From assembly GCA_951406725.2 (NCBI GenBank), contig OX597814.1, positions 197,222,001-197,286,000 on the forward strand: 64,000 bases of DNA. The letters run 5' to 3'. Positions 55,621-64,000 of this stretch are shown in pieces. Below the pieces are notes generated by a model. It had not been told where the DNA came from. It saw nothing but the letters and a program-made list of their open reading frames with translations, and ran no database searches. This stretch comes from Octopus vulgaris. Lineage: Eukaryota. Numbering within the stretch: position 1 is the first letter of the stretch; each line of letters begins with the position of its first letter. A program made the position numbers and the translations under genes.

Positions 55621-56146
55621 AGGAAGTATATATATATAATAAATGCCAAACCGAATTTTGTGTGTCAGTGTGTCACACTTTGACCCCGCCTCTCACTATT
55701 CAATTACACTTCTACTCCTCTTGCTGGGGTGACAGTAAAAATATGGCATAGAAATGTGAAAGCGGTAGTTGATTGACAGTTGAGAATGGTAATGGGGTGA
55801 TAGTAATAGTATGAGCTGCAGTTGTGATAGAGGCGGGGATGATGGTGGTGGTATATGAGACGGTCAGGCATGACGGTGATAGTATGGGATGTGAAAGACA
55901 GTGGTGACCGTGGTGGAGGGGTAGGCGGCGAAGTCAAACCTGTTGATGGTGGTGGCGTGAGAAGTCTGAATGGTGCAGATATGTACATATCGTCAACTGG
56001 TTAAGGTCAAGAAACTGACAAGCAAATTGTGGTATTGAGCAGAATGTTTGCTGTAGCCCATCTTTTATACCAAGACAAAACAATATTCATGATAACACTT
56101 ACAATCAGTTAAGATGAAAAGCCATGAGAGCCACTGTCTGGTATTA

Positions 56147-56213
<67 letters not shown>

Positions 56214-56214
<1 letters not shown>

Positions 56215-56547
56215 TATGTTTGATTTTGCTTTATATTTGTACAAGTTGGCTCCAAGTCTCACCCAGAGACCTCAAGAGACAACAGGTTAGAAGTGCATGT
56301 TGTTGTTATGCCTAGTGTGCCATATATTTGGGGGCGGGGTGTTGTACTAATGAATGTCTAAAACAAAATTTTTTTTAAATACCGAAAATTATGTTTGTTT
56401 TAAACCTTGAGATTACATAGAAAGTATTTTGCGTAGGATATGAGCAGTTCCCATGAGCACTATCTTTTGAATTTCTGCCATTTTTAGGTTTCCTGGTATC
56501 TGAGTTAGGTAGCTATCAGCCCCTTTTGCTATCATTCCCAGGGCACC

Positions 56548-56550
<3 letters not shown>
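56214..56550 (-). mobile_element. R4/Dong-like non-LTR retrotransposon 3' end inside (TAA)n
   Basis: IGALGMIAKG...IQKIVLMGTAHILRKILSM* matches the C-terminus of RLE-bearing R4-clade ORFs; TAA repeats on both sides. Confidence 0.75.
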
Positions 56551-56605
<55 letters not shown>

Positions 56606-57123
56606 TTCATTATCATTCGACGTAAACACACCAGCATCAGTTGTCAAGCGATGTTGGGGGAAAAACAGACACACAAACATATACACACAAATACATCAGA
56701 TTATGTATATCAAGCGATTAGATTGAAATATTCGAAAGACAACTCTAGAAAGTTTTAAGTATTGTAGTTGGAGCACGATAGTTTTAACATATTAGTAATA
56801 TAATTGCCCATTCATTAATTAATGCTGATCAAACATATAACACTCTCTATTTTGTGATTCGATGCTCTACAACATTCTAGATATCATTATGGTAGAGAAA
56901 TCACTTTCAGGTTGCAACCAATAAGCACTAATATAAGAACATTGATTCAGTTCGATTTACTATAATCTGAATGTATTTATAACTTACAACTTGTAGTCAT
57001 CTCATTCTTGTAACAGACTACATTCCATATGTAGAAATGTAATAATTACTTCATGGTACATGTCGCCTTGATAGGCTACATATCGCAAGAAGACAGTAGT
57101 GATTATTTGAGATTATTTTAGAT

Positions 57124-57510
57124 CGTGGTGATGGAAGCACTCCGTCGGTTCCGACGACGAGGGTTCCGGTTGATCCAATCAACGGAACAGCCTGCTCGTG
57201 AAATTAACGTGTAAGTGGCTGCGCACTCCACAGACACGTGTACCCTTAACGTAGTTCTCGGGGATATTCAGCGTGACACAGAGAGTGACAAGGCCGGCCC
57301 TTTGAAATACAGGTACAACAGAAACAGGAAGTAAGAGAGAAAGTTGTGGCGAAAGAGTACAGCAGGGATCACCACCATCCCTGCCGGAGCCTCGTGGAGC
57401 TTTAGGTATTTTCGCTCAATAAACACTCACAAAGCCCGGTCTGGGAATCGAAACCGCGATCCTACGACCGCGAGTCCGCTGCCCTAACCACTGGGCCATT
57501 GCACCTCCAC
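57124..57510 (-). mobile_element. SINE family B, tail type 1, full length
   Basis: tRNA-like head with A and B boxes; TSD attttagat (57115-57123 / 57511-57519). Confidence 0.93.
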
Positions 57511-57959
57511 ATTTTAGATAGTAATGTCTGCTACAAATTGTGAAAGTTTAAAAGATAAACGAAATATGTTGCAGTGCATTTTGTGCAATTCAACAGTGGA
57601 ATAAATCTATTTTCTGTAAAAAGAGAAAACGACAGAGTGGTTGTTCTTTATTCAATGGTTTTAAACCCAAGTGCTATTGTCAACTAGAGCTTCACACAGA
57701 TCTTGTCTCACTATGACTATCCGGAACAAACCTACTTCGATCTTTTCGGTGTTATAGAGCGGCGTAGATAGCCGGGCAACTTACACTAAAGTTGGCTCCA
57801 CCGCTTCCATATCCTTGCCAGCGCAAGAAGTGGCTGACAGTAATTTGCGTTGAAGATATGTTCTCTGATGTCTTTTAATGATATCTCGACTTTTTCGTAG
57901 TATCTATTTTATATGCAATGTCACTGTCTAATAGTTCTGCAAGATCATACATACGTAAT

Positions 57960-58440
57960 ATAATGAGTTGGGAAACCCATTCGACCTTGCTATCTTTCAG
58001 CTTGTGCCTCCTCTGAGTATCTTAACTTCCTTAACAAGGTGGATCCTATTCTTTCTATTAGGCAGGAGTTTTGGGGGTTCATCTTCGAAATATATCTCTG
58101 TGGTGTATTTTCTGCAAATATTTCTATGGTCATGACTCTGCAGAAATCTCTGCTCTAGTATCATTTCCCAAGACTTTTAAACATGTTACCCACGTCTCTT
58201 CTAAGTGTATCGTTTCCCTAAGGAGCTTCTTATTAAACATAAGTCCTTTTATTCTAATCATTCCTTTACTCTAAATACTGCTCTCTGGAACTCACTAGAG
58301 TCCAGTTTTCCGCAGGTCTATGATATGGAGTTCTTTTAAGTTTTCTATCAATCTCTATCACTTGAATTTGTAGCCCCGTCCCTCTTAAAACTCGCTTACA
58401 CTACAGTAGCTCCATGTAGTACAAATCGCATTAAAAAAAA
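57960..58440 (+). mobile_element. CR1/L2-like LINE 3' fossil
   Basis: HLRNISLWCIFCKYFYGHDSAEISAL...KTFKHVT...ctctggaactc; homologous to 15180-15500. Confidence 0.65.
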
Positions 58441-58823
58441 TCTAGTATACCAGCAAACAGAAGACAAAGATATGTCCAGAAATGTCTGAAACAAAAGCAA
58501 ACAAAAAATAGCTCTAAAATCAGACAAATTTAACTTTCCTTAATTTGGAAACATAATCTAACACAATTTTCATCCCTCCTAATAGCACACCATTTTAGAA
58601 AGCGGCTCAACAGTGTAATCTGGAGTTAGCTGTACTTTGAAGGAAGCGACATTGTCATGACTGAAATAGGCTTTACCAACTGAACCAAAACTGAATTTGT
58701 TTTGAATATCATCGATGTGAGAAGAATTCCCAATCCTTATCTTACTCGAAGATTATTGCGAATATTATATTTATAGGTGTACGTGGGTGTGTTCGCGTGT
58801 GTGCATGTGTATGGCATACATGA

Positions 58824-58878
<55 letters not shown>

Positions 58879-59764
58879 CATCTGCACATATATATGAATG
58901 TTTGTGTGTGCGTATGTATGTATACATAGTTGTGTGTGAGTGTCCATGCGTATGCGTCTGTGTGTGTGTGTCAATGAAAATTCTTTGCAGCAGCGAACTT
59001 TAAAAATATATTCGTTCTGTTGGAATCAGGCGTTATTCTATTTAGATACTCACGCTACTTGATCAAACTGACAATCAACTTAGTCCTACTGATAAGTGCC
59101 AATAATTAACGATAGGTTATACAAACACCACTCAATCAAATTGTTTGTTTGTTTCTACTATTTAGGATTGTAGTCGGACAAGTGTGGCTTCAAATTTTTA
59201 CCTGCTTTTTTTTGCTTTTCTTTCTCGAACTCATTCATATTTCACTGAAAACTCGAATTGCTTTAAAAATATATATTTAAGGCTGATTGGTGCAAAGACA
59301 AGAGTTCCATTAACCCAGCTTTTCGTGTCCAAACATAGTGTTTTGTGACCTGGGTTTGAAGAAAATGTGTACTTTTAACGAAAAAAAATTACTTAATGGT
59401 CAGATGAGAACTATTTTGGTCATGGAGAAAATTTTACGATTGCATGCAATAAAATAATTATTTTTGAAATATTTACAAATGTTAATAATGATATTTAAAA
59501 CGTCGTCAAAAATGGATCAGGCTAAAATGATTAAACGTTGCACCGGAGACAAAATAACCATCATTTAGATATCACATTAATATAGTGACTGTTAGTTCAG
59601 TTTTGATGATTGTGCTCATAAAATACAAGATTTTATGTACCATACTTTGGCGTTGAAACTTACACAAGCAGCAGGACATTCATTATTTTTAATAATCACT
59701 CTTAGCATCGAATAGGATATAAACCGTTGATAATCCTAGATTTCGAATCTTAAAACCTGGCATT

Positions 59765-60078
59765 CGGCAATGATGACGGATGTTCCGCTTGATCTGGTCA
59801 ACGGAACAGCCTTCTAGTGAAATAAACGTGCAAGGGGCAGAGCACTCCACAGACACACGCACCTTTAACCTAGTTCACAGGCAGATTCAGCGTGATACAG
59901 AACGTGACAAAGCTATCCCTATGTAATTCAGGCACAACTCATTTTCGCCAACTGAGTGGATAGCAGCAACGTGAAATCAAGTGTCCTGCTCGAGGACAAA
60001 ATGCACCGCCTGAAAGCGAACTCATGGCCACACGGTAATGAGCTGAATATCCTAACCACTTAGCCATGCGCCTTCACA
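59765..60078 (-). mobile_element. Older SINE: old body with tail type 1
   Basis: Tail aligns with 57124-57310; body matches the 10140 and 30583 copies. Confidence 0.8.
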
Positions 60079-60114
60079 GTCCTAGATATTCTTTCGACAA
60101 AGACAAAGGTATCT

Positions 60115-60511
60115 TTTTTTCTTTTTTTGGAAGCACTCCGTCGATTACGACGATGAGGTTTCCGGTTGATCCGAATCAACGGAACAGCCTGCTCGTGAAT
60201 TTAACGTGTAAGTGGCTGAGCACTCCACAGACACGTGCACTCTTAACGTAGTTCTCGGGGATATTCAGCGTGACACAGAGAGTGACAAGGCCGGCCCTTT
60301 GAAATACAGGTACAACAGAAACAGGAAGTAAGAGTGAGAGAAAGTTGTGGTGAAAGAGTACAGCAGGGATCACCACCATCCCCTGCCGGAGCCTCGTGGA
60401 GCTTTTTAGGTGTTTTCGCTCAATAAACACTCACAACGCCCGGTCTGGGAATCGAAACCACGATCCTATGAACGCGAGTCCGCTGCCCTAACCACTGGGC
60501 TATTGCGCCTC
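60115..60511 (-). mobile_element. SINE family B, tail type 1, full length with A-tail
   Basis: Near-identical to 57124-57510; TSD acaaaggtatct (60103-60114 / 60512-60523). Confidence 0.93.
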
Positions 60512-61301
60512 ACAAAGGTATCTATACTACTGTAACAAAATAGCTGTCTGATACATAATGCTTAAGAAAAGAAATGAATCTATGACCTAAATTAGTAAAA
60601 GTGATTAAGATGTGAGAGGTAAATCATAATTATTTTACACCATTTCTGTTATAATTATTATAGAGCTTCAAGCTTAATTAAGAAATTAGCCGAGTTCTTT
60701 CCGTAGGTGTTATGGATTGGGAGATATTTGTTGTGTTCATTATATCTGCTTTCCTACCTGCAATTATGTAGTTGTGCGGTTCTACTTCTACAATGCTGAT
60801 AATACATCTGCAATGAATGCCAAAAGAACAACTTACCCAGATCATTAATTATGAGAGGATGATGTTGATGCATTCATTCTGGAAACTTGACTTTCTTATC
60901 TATTCGCTTCTATGATTTTCTTTCACCTCGTAAAAACAAAAAGAGAAAGGAAAACCCAATGGTCATTAATGGCTAAGAGACATTTAGCATTCGTTCTATA
61001 TACTGGTTTTACTGCAATATATATATATATATATTCCACTATTCCACACCAGAAATCCATTTAACGGGATTTAAAATGAGCGATTATCAACATCTCTCTT
61101 TCATTGCTCTCTCCTCTTTCATTTTTACTTTCTATTTCCTTCAAATTCATATTCTGTTTCTGATCTCTTTTCCTGAATTCCTCTCTACTCTTTCTCTCTC
61201 ACACACACAATCTCTCTCTTTCTCTCTCTCCCTCTCTCTATATAGCTAGCTAGCAAACTACCGTTTTCTCTCTCTATCGTTTACTATTAAGAGCACCCAT
61301 C

Positions 61302-61340
<39 letters not shown>

Positions 61341-61474
61341 TGTGCATTAAGACACATTAAGAGGCTTCCAAATAGGAAAGCCTTGTGCTAGAAAGAGCAG
61401 TAGAAAACTCAAACCACTAATTAGCGATAAATTCTCCAAAGGATTGAAAATTAAACACGTTTACCATCTAATTC

Positions 61475-61564
<90 letters not shown>

Positions 61565-62544
61565 TTTTCGTTAGTGTCTGTCGACCCTCCTCTGTCTTTA
61601 TTTTTGCTTTTAAGACTTGCTACACTTGTGTATTTTTTTTATCTTCATAATTGTGCGTGTGCATGTCCATGTGTGCATGCCCAAGTGCGCATGTGCATCT
61701 GTGTGAATGTATGTGAATGCGCAAGCGTGTGTGTGTGTGTGTGCATACGCATGCGTATGAATGCGTGGGTATGTGTACCTGCCTCTCTAGTACGCCTTCC
61801 TCTTAATTTTCATTCCGTTCTACATTCCTTTGTACATTATTCAAATCCGTTCTCCACCACCACCACCTCCGCCTTTTCGTTCTTTTTTTGCCTGTATTAA
61901 AATTTCCTTCCCTTTCCCTACTCACCTTTACTTCAGAATATGACAAGATGATTCAAAGCTGAAAGATCTCTTTATTACATCGATTTCACACATCGTATGA
62001 CATTATAAGTTGGGAAGTATTACGTGTGCGGAAACATATCTGTAGGTATAAAACAAATATGAAAGAAAAACCGCTAGAAAGAAGTGTGTATATGTTTGTG
62101 AGTGCATGAAGGATATAAAGAAAGGAAGAACAGACGATGGAAACAATGAAGGAATAAACAATTTTTTTTTTAAATATTTGTTTCAGAAAATGTCAGAATA
62201 TATCGTGTATACTTGAACGATATGTGTAAATTAGAAATAGTAACACTATATATTTTCGGGATAATACATGGATTAGAATTATCCGTATAATCTATAAAGG
62301 ATTTAGAATGCTACTTCGGTATTTTTTGAGTGAAAAAAATTCTTTTCATCCAATTATGTGCATTAAACGAAAGAGAAATGAGATAATCGCCAAAATCGGA
62401 ATTTCAACAATAGTTTGTTCCTTTTCCAATCAATTTTTCAACGCATCCGAGCAAATCACGCAACGCATATTATAATTTATATTTCATAAAAATAGATTTT
62501 TATTAATCTCTTCGTGTCATAAACTTAAATAGATTCATAGTATG

Positions 62545-62597
<53 letters not shown>

Positions 62598-63709
62598 TTT
62601 ACTATCAGTAAAATGGATGTCGTAACAATTTCTGATACGCCGAATGCGAATTTTGATGAAGGACTTAAGACAGATATGACCGACTCCTCAAGCTACATTA
62701 CTCAAAATCGAGATGGCACTCACTGCGCGACCCTGAGACATTCTACATACCCAACTATTTACCAGAATCCTGAATACACAACGACTTACCACATATGTCT
62801 AAACACTTTCCTCTCTGGTCAATTCCCTCATCAACTTTTTCAAATATCACTTGAAAAGGAAAGTGAGAGTAGAGAGGCAAATTTTGTCTGGCGAATGTTT
62901 AAAAAAAAGATGGGTGAATGTAGCAAGGATGGCACGTATGAATGACGAAGCCACCTTGAGCATGATCCTATGAACCCGGAAAATTTAAAACAGAGGGTTA
63001 CCTACTTGCAAACAAATGTGGTAACATGTAACATTATTGACAAGGTTACCGTGGTCTTTTCCCTAAGCTTATCTTCCCACAGATAAACCTTATCTGCTTC
63101 CCCCATTACACTTTACATCATGACACTGTGATACACAGTCCGTATTGATCGTTTTTTTCTTTCCTCTTCCCTTTTACGATCCCTTTTGACCGAAAACCTA
63201 CCCCACCTTTTTTTCCTCGCCCAAAAAAGAAAAGCTCTACTTTGTCATCTGTCCCGCCTGTATGCAGCCCTGTGTGTCTAATAAAGAAACATATTCTCGC
63301 CAGCAGCAAACGTATCTTCTCCCAAAACAGAATTCATTCATACATTTCGCTAGCCTACACCAATTTCTCCATCACATCCAATATGTCACAAGCGGTTACC
63401 ATTTATTTGGGTAACAACATTCATAATTTATCCATACTAGTCTCTTAGAATGATATAGGAATGTTTGTTTTATGAATTCCGTGTTTCTGTTTTGATTCTA
63501 TCTTTGTAAATAGTGTCTTACATTGGATGTGGAATTTGTTGCAATCCAGTCATTGGACATATCCTGTTGACAGTGCGCAAGAATTCCAATCTAACCTCGA
63601 AACTAACGGAGACGAGAAGGGTATCTTGTATAATATAAAATAACAAATCAATTTTCAGAAACCCTATGTATGACCATATCACAATTAGAAATTATCAAGG
63701 GAATTTAAT

Positions 63710-63935
63710 CCTTAAATAATAATAGGGGCTTCAAATTTTGACACAAGGCATGCAATGTTAAGTGGGGAAAGGGTTAGTTGATTACATTGCCATAGTCCTT
63801 GACTGATAATTTATTTTATCAACACTGAAAAGATGAAATGCAAGTCGACCTTGATGGAATTTGACTCATAACGTAAAGAGCCGGCAAAATACCGCTAAGC
63901 CTATTCTCAGACACGTTTGTGATTCTGTCACTTCC
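63710..63935 (-). mobile_element. Diverged family C SINE
   Basis: aagtcgaccttgatggaatttgactcataacgtaaag...aaataccgctaagc. Confidence 0.7.
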
Positions 63936-64000
63936 CCATTTTAATATATATTATACTAATACGATGATCTCACTGCTGAAAATGTCGGTCAGTAGCAACG

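Noticed and set aside
57430-57510. tRNA gene
   Set aside because: tRNA-like SINE head that continues into the SINE body and is bounded by TSDs
62613-63448. ORFs of 63-110 aa
   Set aside because: No recognisable domain; at most decayed LINE sequence

Overview
AT-rich, non-genic eukaryotic DNA that looks like octopus (coleoid cephalopod) intergenic or intronic sequence. The assignment rests on the SINE families and the extreme microsatellite density. No intact protein-coding gene is supported; almost every ORF in the track is a microsatellite or SINE translation artefact. The window holds three abundant SINE families (called A, B and C here), Tc1/mariner fossils and MITEs, two non-autonomous Helitrons, LINE 3' fragments (RTE, CR1/L2-like, and an R4/Dong-like piece inside a TAA repeat) and one structurally intact 5S rRNA copy. 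The main signal not explained by ordinary annotation is a dispersed set of type I hammerhead-ribozyme motifs: 7 complete or near-complete and 2 partial, in about 7 distinct sequence families. They sit in short elements, mostly beside TA or AAT microsatellites, and two carry inverted duplications. This matches Penelope-like retroelement or retrozyme biology, and one element combines a tRNA-like head, (AAT)n and a hammerhead. Also notable are a 5S rRNA fused to a LINE-type 3' tail (SINE3-like) and head/body/tail shuffling among the SINEs. All calls are by eye, with no database searches or folding computations.
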